From the IMG/VR virus record IMGVR_UViG_3300042554_002903, positions 2,773 to 66,772 of that record: a stretch of DNA of 64,000 bases. One strand, given 5' to 3'. The position numbers and the translations under genes are program-made. The notes beneath the pieces are model-generated. The model did not search any database and was not told the DNA's origin. It saw only the letters and a list, made by a program, of their open reading frames with translations. This stretch comes from a virus. How positions within the stretch are numbered: the first letter of the stretch is position 1; every line of letters begins with the position of its first letter. This document shows positions 51,515 through 59,519 of the stretch, piece by piece.

Positions 51515-52542
51515 AATTACAAGTAGTAGACATAGACAAAGAGACCAGTTATCAGGACTGGTTGAATTACAGACAGAACGGTATCGGTGCTTCTGAAGTA
51601 GGAACCATACTCGGACTCAACCCGTGGAAGTGTGCGGCCGAGCTGTACTACCAGAAGATTGGCGCCATGTCCATGGGACAGGATGAGAAGGTCGCCATGC
51701 TCATGGGTAATGAATTGGAGCCGTTGGTCCGGAGTATATACTCGTACTGGAACCACGAGATCGTTGATCAGAAGGAGGCCCATCTGCAAGCCCTCATTGA
51801 ACGCAAGAGCGGGATGAATCCACGTCACTATGTCTACGAAGCAACCGGTTTCGTATTGAATCCGGAATTCCCACATTTGTTCTTCTCACCTGATGGTCTC
51901 GTGCTTAAAGATAATAAGTACAAGACCAGTGTGTTGAGGAGTGGTTTCATCAACACCGATCACATCGACCACGTAATCGAGGTCAAGACGATTTCCGGAT
52001 GGGCCGCTAAACAATGGGATGGTGGAGTACCGCCTTCCTACTACGCACAAATCACAACCTACCTGCTTGGGATGGGTCTCCCTTATTCCTACCTCGTATC
52101 TATGGAAGACGGTAGAAATATAAGCTGCCTCAGACTCGACTTCGACCAGGAGTTCGCAGACCAGATTGTACAGATGACATCTGAATTCTGGCAGAGAGTA
52201 GAAGCTGGTCGGGAAGCCATTGAAAACGGAGAGGATTACGAAGAGTATTGCCCACCACCTGACGGAACTCAGGCATACGAAAACTTCTTGAAGAAGAAGT
52301 ACGCCAATCCGGAAGACACCACTATCTTCAATCCCGATCCCGTGGTTGTGGAAATGGCTCGTCGCCACATCGAAGCCCAGAAAGAAATCAAGAAGCTGGG
52401 AGAGGTTGAGCTCGAGCTTAAGAATAAGCTGCGTGACTACATGGGTAACCAGAGTACAATCGACCTCGGACCAAACGGTAAGATAACCTGGAGACAGGAT
52501 TCCCGGGGTACCAGAATTTTCCGTAATGGCTACAAAGGATAA
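51511..52542 (+). CDS. YqaJ/lambda-exonuclease family nuclease
   Basis: WLNYRQNGIGASE, GNELE, SPDG, EVKT, YYAQ. Confidence 0.92.
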   Translation: MKLQVVDIDKETSYQDWLNYRQNGIGASEVGTILGLNPWKCAAELYYQKIGAMSMGQDEKVAMLMGNELEPLVRSIYSYWNHEIVDQKEAHLQALIERKSGMNPRHYVYEATGFVLNPEFPHLFFSPDGLVLKDNKYKTSVLRSGFINTDHIDHVIEVKTISGWAAKQWDGGVPPSYYAQITTYLLGMGLPYSYLVSMEDGRNISCLRLDFDQEFADQIVQMTSEFWQRVEAGREAIENGEDYEEYCPPPDGTQAYENFLKKKYANPEDTTIFNPDPVVVEMARRHIEAQKEIKKLGEVELELKNKLRDYMGNQSTIDLGPNGKITWRQDSRGTRIFRNGYKG

Positions 52543-52729
52543 GATATTCGATATGGACAAGTACGTCGGGATTGTCAAGTTGATCGACACCCGGGTAGTA
52601 TTCCAGAAGAAGCACAAAAAGTTGCCGGTTATAGATAAGCAAGTCGAGGTAGCCTTCAAGATCAAGAGGAGCGCTCGCAATTATTTCCGATCGGTCTCAG
52701 AAAAAATATGCCTGATGGCACTACAATGA
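52526..52729 (+). CDS. small basic protein
   Basis: Overlap chain. Confidence 0.5.
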   Translation: MATKDKIFDMDKYVGIVKLIDTRVVFQKKHKKLPVIDKQVEVAFKIKRSARNYFRSVSEKICLMALQ

Positions 52730-53133
52730 CAGAAGATAAAATACTTGACGACTTGTACAGGGCCGCAATCCGAGTGAGGGATATAGACATCCCGTTCTGC
52801 CCTATATGTAAGCGGGAGTACAACTCCTTTCGCTACCCGGAGGTTGCACACTTCCGTAAGCGCAGATACCGTAACACCAGATGGGATGTAGACAATGCAG
52901 TCCTGGCTTGTGCTTTGTGTAATCACGAGGACGACGATCACAAGATGGAAGCCGTCATGCTTTCTCGCGGGGTCGATATAGAAGCCATGAGAAAGAAGTC
53001 GCTGTCTTACGATAAGGTAGATATTGATGAAGTACGCGACGAATTGATCGCTTTCATTCGGGCTCACTACAAAAAGAAGAACGAGTACTGCATACCCCAG
53101 AGTGTTAAACCACTTCTTAATCTTGAACCATGA
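52726..53133 (+). CDS. NinG/Rap-like HNH nuclease
   Basis: IRVRD..CPIC..AHFRKR..RWDVDNAVLACALCN. Confidence 0.85.
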   Translation: MTEDKILDDLYRAAIRVRDIDIPFCPICKREYNSFRYPEVAHFRKRRYRNTRWDVDNAVLACALCNHEDDDHKMEAVMLSRGVDIEAMRKKSLSYDKVDIDEVRDELIAFIRAHYKKKNEYCIPQSVKPLLNLEP

Positions 53134-53678
53134 TAGGTAGAGTAATAATAAGCATCGGCCATGGAGCCGGAGATCCTGGAGCAGTTAACTCCAGAGGAGA
53201 CAAAGAGAACACAGAGGTAACGCAGATCGCCGCACTGCTCATGCCTAAATTGAAAGCGGCTGGCATCAAAGCTGTACTGATTCCGGATATCGGATACGTA
53301 CCGAGTATTCAGATGGTTAATCAGATGTATCAACCCGGAGACTGGGCTATTGAATTACACAAGGATTCCTTCCCAAATTACAATCCCCACACGATGAGAC
53401 GCCGGTGTGGAGCCTACTACTTCCATAAGAGTACAGTAGGTAAACAGGTGGCCGAAATTCTCAAGACCGAATTTATTCGTAATGGGGCTCACTTGACGAG
53501 CTGGGCACGACCTGACAACTTTTCAAACCATGGCGGCTTGGGTTGGAACTCCATGACCAGACCGTTGGCTCACATCCTCGAGCTCGGCTTCATGCAGGAT
53601 TCAACCGGTCCGCAGGATGACGAGTTCTATGCCGAGGTAACCGCTCGCGGGATTATCAAGGTTGTAGAAGATTTTTAA
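53130..53678 (+). CDS. N-acetylmuramoyl-L-alanine amidase (Amidase_3)
   Basis: SIGHGAGDPGA, KE, ELHKDS, ILELGF. Confidence 0.85.
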   Translation: MIGRVIISIGHGAGDPGAVNSRGDKENTEVTQIAALLMPKLKAAGIKAVLIPDIGYVPSIQMVNQMYQPGDWAIELHKDSFPNYNPHTMRRRCGAYYFHKSTVGKQVAEILKTEFIRNGAHLTSWARPDNFSNHGGLGWNSMTRPLAHILELGFMQDSTGPQDDEFYAEVTARGIIKVVEDF

Positions 53679-53686
53679 AAATTTAT

Positions 53687-53717
53687 TTGACTTCTGATCG
53701 GTGACGTACTATCTTTG
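53687..53717 (+). promoter_or_regulatory. sigma-70 promoter
   Basis: TTGACT 53687, TATCTTTG 53710, ATG 53722. Confidence 0.8.
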
Positions 53718-53721
53718 CAAT

Positions 53722-53943
53722 ATGGAAATACTAATAACCTTTTTCTTCGGCCTTGCCGTTTTATACTACATCAGCCTGAAGATTGATAACAAGATGGACC
53801 AAATGATTGGGCCTCACATCCCATACTTCCGTCTATATCCCAGACTAAAGAGGAAGATGTTACAGGAGATAGGTTTCTATCTTGCCGTTGCGTTCATCCT
53901 GGGTTCAACCATAACACACATTGGGTATGTTATTGCCAGATAA
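53722..53943 (+). CDS. two-TM membrane protein
   Basis: Hydrophobic ends. Confidence 0.6.
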   Translation: MEILITFFFGLAVLYYISLKIDNKMDQMIGPHIPYFRLYPRLKRKMLQEIGFYLAVAFILGSTITHIGYVIAR

Positions 53944-54142
53944 GGTTACACTCAGTTACGACGACGGTGATAAAAAGATCACTTTTGAATTCACTGAGGA
54001 CATCAGTACCAGTACAATCGTGGAACATGCAGCGAAATTATTGATCGCTTCCGGACATCACCACGAGAACGTAGCCAAAGGTATGAATGAATACCTGTGG
54101 GACATTGGTTTCTATAAGAATACTGAGGAGGAAGAACAATGA
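53921..54142 (+). CDS. hypothetical protein
   Basis: Overlap chain. Confidence 0.55.
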   Translation: MGMLLPDKVTLSYDDGDKKITFEFTEDISTSTIVEHAAKLLIASGHHHENVAKGMNEYLWDIGFYKNTEEEEQ

Positions 54143-54345
54143 TAATCACAGTAGATAACTCAAACACTGAGCGTCAACAAGCAGTTGTAACCATTGACAC
54201 AAAACATTGTATTTACCCTTATGCTATCCGCGAGGCAATAGAGGTAGCTCTACGTCTTGATGGTTATTCGGAAGAATGTATCGATAGTGTATTTGGTAGG
54301 GAAAGAGATGCAAAGGCCAACGGAGAGGTAACTCAATCGGGTTAA
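54139..54345 (+). CDS. hypothetical protein
   Basis: ATGA overlap. Confidence 0.55.
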   Translation: MIITVDNSNTERQQAVVTIDTKHCIYPYAIREAIEVALRLDGYSEECIDSVFGRERDAKANGEVTQSG

Positions 54346-54401
54346 CCCATTTGTTTATTTCCAGCATATTTCATAACTTTGAAGTACCGCTGTCTTCTTC
54401 G

Positions 54402-54436
54402 CTCCCGGTATGGTTCGCCCAGCCGGGATTTTTTTT
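54402..54436 (+). terminator. intrinsic terminator
   Basis: TCCCGG...CCGGGA followed by a T-run. Confidence 0.7.
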
Positions 54437-54445
54437 AGAAGATAT

Positions 54446-54476
54446 TTGACTTTCATTCGGTCTCACACTATCTTTG
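54446..54476 (+). promoter_or_regulatory. sigma-70 promoter with the motif in its spacer
   Basis: TTGACT 54446, CGGTCTCAC 54458, TATCTTTG 54469, ATG 54482. Confidence 0.85.
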
Positions 54477-54481
54477 CACAA

Positions 54482-54871
54482 ATGGAAAACATGTACATAG
54501 ACGAACTCATTGACATGAGAGAGCAGCTCCGTAACAATAAGAACTGGAAAGCTGCAGATGAGATACGAGATTACCTCGACACCAAGGATGTTTACATATT
54601 CGATACAGTTCATGGTCAAGTAACATTACACCTCAACAATAATTTCTTCAAAGAAAAAGACAGAAAGGAAGAAACAAAAAGTATGACCAGAAGAAAATAT
54701 ATTGAGTATCTTGAAAAACAAAGCATAAACGCAGAGAAAAGATTGGCCCACTGGATGTATGTGAATACACCCAAAGAAAGGAGGGGAGAACTTGGTTCAG
54801 CAGATACATATATAAAAGGATGGGTAAAAGACATGTTCGTACCTTTTGATTTTTTTAAAAAAAATGCTTGA
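54482..54871 (+). CDS. stand-alone CysRS anticodon-binding (CysS C-terminal) domain protein
   Basis: IDELIDMREQLRNNKNWKAADEIRDYL..KDVYIFDT matches the CysS C-terminal pattern R..AR..KDW..AD.IRD.L...G..L.D. Confidence 0.75.
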   Translation: MENMYIDELIDMREQLRNNKNWKAADEIRDYLDTKDVYIFDTVHGQVTLHLNNNFFKEKDRKEETKSMTRRKYIEYLEKQSINAEKRLAHWMYVNTPKERRGELGSADTYIKGWVKDMFVPFDFFKKNA

Positions 54872-54898
54872 CTTTTTTTGGGTCTCACATTATCTTTG
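54868..54898 (+). promoter_or_regulatory. sigma-70 promoter with the motif in its spacer
   Basis: TTGACT 54868, TGGGTCTCAC 54879, TATCTTTG 54891, ATG 54904. Confidence 0.85.
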
Positions 54899-54903
54899 CA
54901 ACT

Positions 54904-55146
54904 ATGAATCCGGAATTAACAACAGGAGAAAAGATGGTAGGTATTGAATTCAATCCATCCAACAACAGCAGAGTAGCTAAAGTTAAACAACTTTATGCCG
55001 AGATCATTAACGAGCTCGAAGCCGAGTTCGAAGAAAGAGTCGAGAACGGACCGACGGCACTGAGTGAATTCTTTCACACCTTTGCAAAACAACAGGCGGT
55101 TACTGCCCAGATGGCAGCAGTTAAATTTTTTACCTGGGGTAAATGA
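54904..55146 (+). CDS. Acb2/Tad1-like helical-hairpin protein (candidate nucleotide sponge)
   Basis: GEKMVGIEFNPS...VAKVKQLYAEIINEL...AKQQAVTAQMAAVK; 80 aa. Confidence 0.55.
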   Translation: MNPELTTGEKMVGIEFNPSNNSRVAKVKQLYAEIINELEAEFEERVENGPTALSEFFHTFAKQQAVTAQMAAVKFFTWGK

Positions 55147-55547
55147 ACAAGTGGGTTAATTTGTACGTGAGCGTAAAAGGAGAGGTGAAGCAAGGCGGAG
55201 CTTTCTTTGAAAGCAAAGAGGCTGCGCAGTCAAATGCTACTGACCATATCGGTCCTTCGGATGGGCCTCACTTCTACCACTCAACTATTGATGTCAAACT
55301 ACATGTCCGTAGTCATGATCTCAAGATAGCGCCTGCTTATTTCGCAGCAGTAAGTAGTGGTGAGAAAACTTTTGAAGTCCGTAAGAATGACAGAGGTTTC
55401 CGTCTCGGTGATGTTCTTGTCCTGAGAGAGTACGAAGAGAAAGGTTACACCGGTAGCGTAGTGTACAGAAAAGTTGGATACATCCTTCCCGGCGGACAGC
55501 ACGGCATCGATCCCGAGTACGTCGTCCTGGGTTTGAAGGAGTTGTAG
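55143..55547 (+). CDS. ASCH/DUF3850 domain protein
   Basis: HDLKIAPAYFAAVSSGEKTFEVRKNDRGFRLGDVLVLREY...YVVLGL. Confidence 0.88.
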   Translation: MNKWVNLYVSVKGEVKQGGAFFESKEAAQSNATDHIGPSDGPHFYHSTIDVKLHVRSHDLKIAPAYFAAVSSGEKTFEVRKNDRGFRLGDVLVLREYEEKGYTGSVVYRKVGYILPGGQHGIDPEYVVLGLKEL

Positions 55548-55697
55548 CAGAAAGAGCGTACCAGATACAACAGTAAGAATGACGGACGTGTTGTATGAGA
55601 TGGTTGTCCGTATCTAAACGCTACAGATCGAAGGAGGGTTAAACAATAACTCCAGCAAGCGTAAAAAATAGTGACGATCCGGAAAGACGGGTAACAT

Positions 55698-55769
55698 ACC
55701 GGAGTGGCGGAAATGGAACGCCCAACACGGCAAATGTTGGACATGCAGGTTCGAGTCCTGTCTCCGGTG
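55698..55769 (+). tRNA. non-canonical tRNA-Cys(GCA)-like
   Basis: Acceptor ACCGGAG/CTCCGGT; D-arm TGGCGGAAATGGAACGC; anticodon stem CAACA/TGTTG with loop CGGCAAA; T-arm GCAGG-TTCGAGT-CCTGT; G33 instead of U33; no encoded CCA. Confidence 0.6.
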
Positions 55770-55980
55770 CAACGAGTAAGGAATACTCAGCAGTCTTTGA
55801 TCCAAGACTCATTTAACAATGGATTCGCTTCAACCAAACAGCGTGAATGGTGGTTCGGGAGATCAATGGAGCCAGACACCTCCTCTCTCGCAGTCTGACT
55901 AATTAAGCAGTAAGATGCGCAGGGTTATTGAATAGCAAGAAACCGGGAATATCTACTCACCTGTAATTCCAAGGTGGGGC

Positions 55981-56079
55981 GGTCATGAGCGTAATGAGGA
56001 GTGGCCATCCGAGTCCTCTATAAGGTAGAGCTCCTTATGGAGGTAGCAGATTGTGGGTTCGAATCCCACCATGACCCCA
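55981..56079 (+). ncRNA. tRNA-like element with an extended central hairpin
   Basis: Acceptor GGTCATG/CATGACC; perfect T-arm GTGGG-TTCGAAT-CCCAC; no normal D or anticodon arms. Confidence 0.5.
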
Positions 56080-56224
56080 ACCACACAGTACGTAAGTACC
56101 TTTTGCGGGTGGACCAATACTGACATCGAATGTCCAAAGTTCACCGTCAGACTACGGAGCCGGGGAACCGAGCCGAGAGCAGTATCCGTTAAGATTGGTT
56201 GTGTGGGAGACCCAACGGGGTCGT

Positions 56225-56388
56225 ATCGGAGTGGCGGAATTGGCAGACGCTAATTGAAATGCACATTATAGAGTAAGATAGATACCAGCTAAGTAGTGTC
56301 TTATGCCTTCGGGTACTGGGTCTTAAATAATGGAGATTGTAGAAATACAAGTATGTTACTCTTACAGGTTCAAATCCTGTCTCCGGTA
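56225..56388 (+). ncRNA. tRNA-like RNA with a ~110-nt structured insert
   Basis: ATCGGAG/CTCCGGT acceptor; Leu-type D-arm TGGCGGAATTGGCAGACGC; T-arm ACAGG-TTCAAAT-CCTGT. Confidence 0.6.
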
Positions 56389-56421
56389 CGATCCCAAATG
56401 GGTCTCACTTTAAAAAACAAG

Positions 56422-56859
56422 ATGATAAGAAAAGAGATACATACCAGAAGTGATTGGGCAGCTAACGAAGTCAAGCTCTGGAATCAAGTATTGGAGCAAG
56501 CATTGAAGTCCGGTAGTCTTGCCGGATACAGAACACGCAGAGCGATTCAGAAATTGAATCAGGCCCTGCGGATATACGACCATTATGTCGCGGAGTTCGG
56601 TAAGGCAGTCCGTGCTATGAGGGGAGAATGTCCAGTTAATGATGTAAAAAACTGGACATCGGATGGGTCTCACACCGTGCTGCACATTACTCTTCGGGAA
56701 TACTGCGACAGTTGTGCTGATGACTGCTGTACTGATTATGGTACAGAAGTTAGGGTGAATGGAGAGGCGTTGGAGTGTAATAATCAAGATACCGCCACCA
56801 TACTTCAAAAAGTGCTGGAGCATCTGGGCTACGATGCCGTGGTCGAGGACATCTTTTAA
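56422..56859 (+). CDS. hypothetical protein
   Basis: Start re-called at ATG 56422, downstream of the RNA; CDSCADDCC. Confidence 0.6.
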   Translation: MIRKEIHTRSDWAANEVKLWNQVLEQALKSGSLAGYRTRRAIQKLNQALRIYDHYVAEFGKAVRAMRGECPVNDVKNWTSDGSHTVLHITLREYCDSCADDCCTDYGTEVRVNGEALECNNQDTATILQKVLEHLGYDAVVEDIF

Positions 56860-56893
56860 TATCGAATGGGTCTCACATAAATTAACATAATAA

Positions 56894-57130
56894 ATGATTA
56901 AGAAACTTTTTTTCACAGATCTTGGTTTTTACGAGACATCACCTGAGCCGTTGTATAAACTTCCGCTTCCCACTGTAGGTACTTATCTAATAGCGAGTGC
57001 TTACGGTTATTTATGGCTCGAGGTGTACGACGAAGATAATGGAGATCATTACAGGCAGAGTGTTGGTTTCGGATTATTCAACGAGGAACAGATTACCGAA
57101 CTCGTAGCTCTACTCACAAGTTGTCGTTGA
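56894..57130 (+). CDS. hypothetical protein
   Basis: A-rich leader; flanked by motif copies at 56867 and 57138. Confidence 0.6.
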   Translation: MIKKLFFTDLGFYETSPEPLYKLPLPTVGTYLIASAYGYLWLEVYDEDNGDHYRQSVGFGLFNEEQITELVALLTSCR

Positions 57131-57190
57131 TATCGGTTGGGTCTCACATCAAGTCTTGCAACAGCAGGACTTTTTTTGTATCTTTACATC

Positions 57191-57451
57191 ATGTTAGAAC
57201 CCGGGGACATGGCAATAACCAGAGTAGACCTGTACAGCAGTAATCCCGTTACCGTGTTCATACCCAAGGGGACCAGAGTCAAAATATTCCGCAGACTGCA
57301 TCACTACTACGAGGACGACTTTGAAGTCATCACCTACTCCATCTCGGTGTACGATACATACGGACTTGATGTCGACTCCGTCTTTATCGAGAAGGTCGTA
57401 CCGATCAGGATCTGCGATGGGGACATAGGTGAGCCCCAACAAGCAGGATAG
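57191..57451 (+). CDS. hypothetical protein
   Basis: ATG after TTGCAA-N17-TATCTTTA. Confidence 0.55.
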   Translation: MLEPGDMAITRVDLYSSNPVTVFIPKGTRVKIFRRLHHYYEDDFEVITYSISVYDTYGLDVDSVFIEKVVPIRICDGDIGEPQQAG

Positions 57452-57512
57452 TGCGGGTTAACCCCTGATTTGATATCTAACCTGCAAGATAATGCTATAT
57501 GCTATAAAATAT

Positions 57513-57537
57513 AAAAGGCCGGATAAATCCAGCCTTA
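57513..57537. terminator. terminator between convergent genes
   Basis: AAGGCCGGAT-AA-ATCCAGCCTT hairpin. Confidence 0.55.
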
Positions 57538-57567
57538 TATTGATTCGCGTATAAAAGTTAGGCTCGT

Positions 57568-57735
57568 CTAACTTTTTTCTTTAGGTGACTTATCTCTTCT
57601 ACAGAACCGGATAAAGATCCAGGCGGGTCCGAGATCTATTGAGAAGATGTACTTCCAATCTACATTGTAGCTCGTCTTACTTATTCCAAAGCCTACTTCA
57701 AACTGGGACCAGTCATAACCGAAGCTGATATTCAT
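57568..57735 (-). CDS. 55-aa hypothetical protein (not in ORF track)
   Basis: MNISFGYDWSQFEVGFGISK...; its ATG comes from GTGAGGCCCAATG overlapping the upstream stop. Confidence 0.5.
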   Translation of the reverse strand: MNISFGYDWSQFEVGFGISKTSYNVDWKYIFSIDLGPAWIFIRFCRRDKSPKEKS

Positions 57736-58013
57736 TGGGCCTCACTTTCATTAAACCAAGCCACGACCTGATCAAGACTGATGCCCTCAACAGTAAGAGA
57801 GCGCAGAGAGGATGGACTCACTTCAATCACCACCCTACGAGAAGCATCTCCATGAACAGAGTAAGCCAGTACAAAGGACTGCGTCCGTACCCACACACCT
57901 CTGACCAGATTATTGGAAACGGTCTCAATCCTTTGACCACCGGATCTGGCAATAATAGCGTTCTGCTCCTTGATCACATAGGAGACCACGTCTTCGATGT
58001 TTGAAAATTTCAT
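57732..58013 (-). CDS. hypothetical protein
   Basis: 93-aa ORF. Confidence 0.55.
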   Translation of the reverse strand: MKFSNIEDVVSYVIKEQNAIIARSGGQRIETVSNNLVRGVWVRTQSFVLAYSVHGDASRRVVIEVSPSSLRSLTVEGISLDQVVAWFNESEAQ

Positions 58014-58059
58014 GCAGTATTGTTTTTGATTTTATCCTTTAACTCGTCGAGTTCACGCA

Positions 58060-58410
58060 TTAGCTTACCAAGCTCACACATCTTCTTATCGAAGAGTATT
58101 TGTGTGCGGATCTTTCCTGGTTATTGCGCCTCCTGTAGTCATCGCAATATCCTTTAACATATTCCATGACTTCATCTACTTCTTTGTTATGATTGATAGT
58201 GATGAAGAACTCACAATCACCGATTATATGAGCTATCAACATCGGTACCAGTGTACCTGGGCGATTGACTGTTAGTGTTACGAAGTCCCCGCACTTAACA
58301 CTGATAGCACGCCCTTTGGCGTCTATTGTTGCCGGTAGTGATTCGGGACGGTCTTTCTTGATCATCACCAGTGTTTCCTTGATGTAGTCTAATTTTTCCT
58401 GTAATTCCAT
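58060..58410 (-). CDS. hypothetical protein
   Basis: Own promoter TTGACT(58445)-N17-TATCTTTG(58422) just before the ATG. Confidence 0.65.
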   Translation of the reverse strand: MELQEKLDYIKETLVMIKKDRPESLPATIDAKGRAISVKCGDFVTLTVNRPGTLVPMLIAHIIGDCEFFITINHNKEVDEVMEYVKGYCDDYRRRNNQERSAHKYSSIRRCVSLVS

Positions 58411-58441
58411 TATGCAAAGATAAGAGCTTGCGCCCCATAAG

Positions 58442-58681
58442 TCAAGCTTTTTCTTCAGTTTCTTCCGGGCTTTGGATGGGCCTCACACTAAGGAGAACCG
58501 TACCTATCTCAGTAGCTGTAACTCGAGTAGACGCTATACGCTCAAGAAGAGACATAATAGCGTGGTAATGCTTCCAGCGATAGAAGTTAAAAGGGCTTAC
58601 ACCCAGTGTTTCCGCCACTTTCTTCGCGGTGTATCCCAGGGAGTAGAGGTGGGGGTACTCCTTTTTGCTTTTAATACGCAT
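58442..58681 (-). CDS. small HTH protein
   Basis: GYTAKKVAETLGVSPFNFYRWK classic HTH; TATATTTG just upstream of the ATG. Confidence 0.7.
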   Translation of the reverse strand: MRIKSKKEYPHLYSLGYTAKKVAETLGVSPFNFYRWKHYHAIMSLLERIASTRVTATEIGTVLLSVRPIQSPEETEEKA

Positions 58682-59120
58682 ATTCAAATATACAAATATT
58701 GTAGGTATAATACAAATGGGATGTCGTTTTTCCCGAGGAAACACTTTTTGGTGAGGAAGTAAGGGTGCTGCCTAAAAAAAGGCCCGGGGGTAGAAATGAG
58801 CCGGCCCCCTTTTTTTACCGGGGGGTGTGGGAAGAGGATGGCTGGGAAAGAATGCCTGGAAATAAAAAGTCCTGCGGGAGTGAGTGGTAAACGATATAGA
58901 TCATGGCAGTTCGGCTCCGGTTAAAAATAGCCCCGGCCCGATTCGTTCAGCCCGTCACACAATACGCGACGCAATACAGCGAGCCTACATACATACACAT
59001 TACGAATTGAAACCCGTTAACAATCGAACCACCATTTACATCTAATTAATTGATTTAAAACAAGTTAGCGAAGCGCAGCCAGCGAATAAAACTTAAATAA
59101 TTACTGTAAGTAACCCCCTC

Positions 59121-59410
59121 TAACTCATTGATTACCAACGACTTACACCAGCGATTCGATGAAAATTTTTACCCGATTTTTGAATAAAAAAAGGGAAACT
59201 ACAGAAACGTTTTTTATATCCGCACCTTAAAAACCGCGCTATCATTGGCTTATAAGGAAACTCATTGAAAACCAACACTTTACATACATAGCAAAAAAAG
59301 ATATAAAGCATTGAAAACCACCACTTTACACTATTTCACATTTTACATATATAAGGAGTAAACAAAACAAGTAAACCCGAAAAAATTAAAAGCCTTGCTA
59401 CCATTGGCTT
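59121..59410. repeat. imperfect direct repeats in an AT-rich non-coding region
   Basis: CATTGA(AA/TT)ACCA..ACTT(T)ACA at 59121, 59259 and 59309; GCTA(T/C)CATTGGCTT at 59238 and 59397. Confidence 0.7.
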
Positions 59411-59519
59411 TAGTCGTTTGTAAACACTTATCTTTAATTTTTTATAAAAATAATTTGCTTTACCCATTGCCATATCAATCGGCTGTATTAATATTGCAGC
59501 ACCATTTAATATTTACACA

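Noticed and set aside
51886-52680. 264-aa antisense ORF
   Set aside because: Lies opposite the well-supported YqaJ nuclease and has no recognisable motifs
56251-56362. Group I intron or tmRNA interpretation of the insert
   Set aside because: About 110 nt is too short, and there is no recognisable P/Q/R/S core or tag ORF with an Ala acceptor identity
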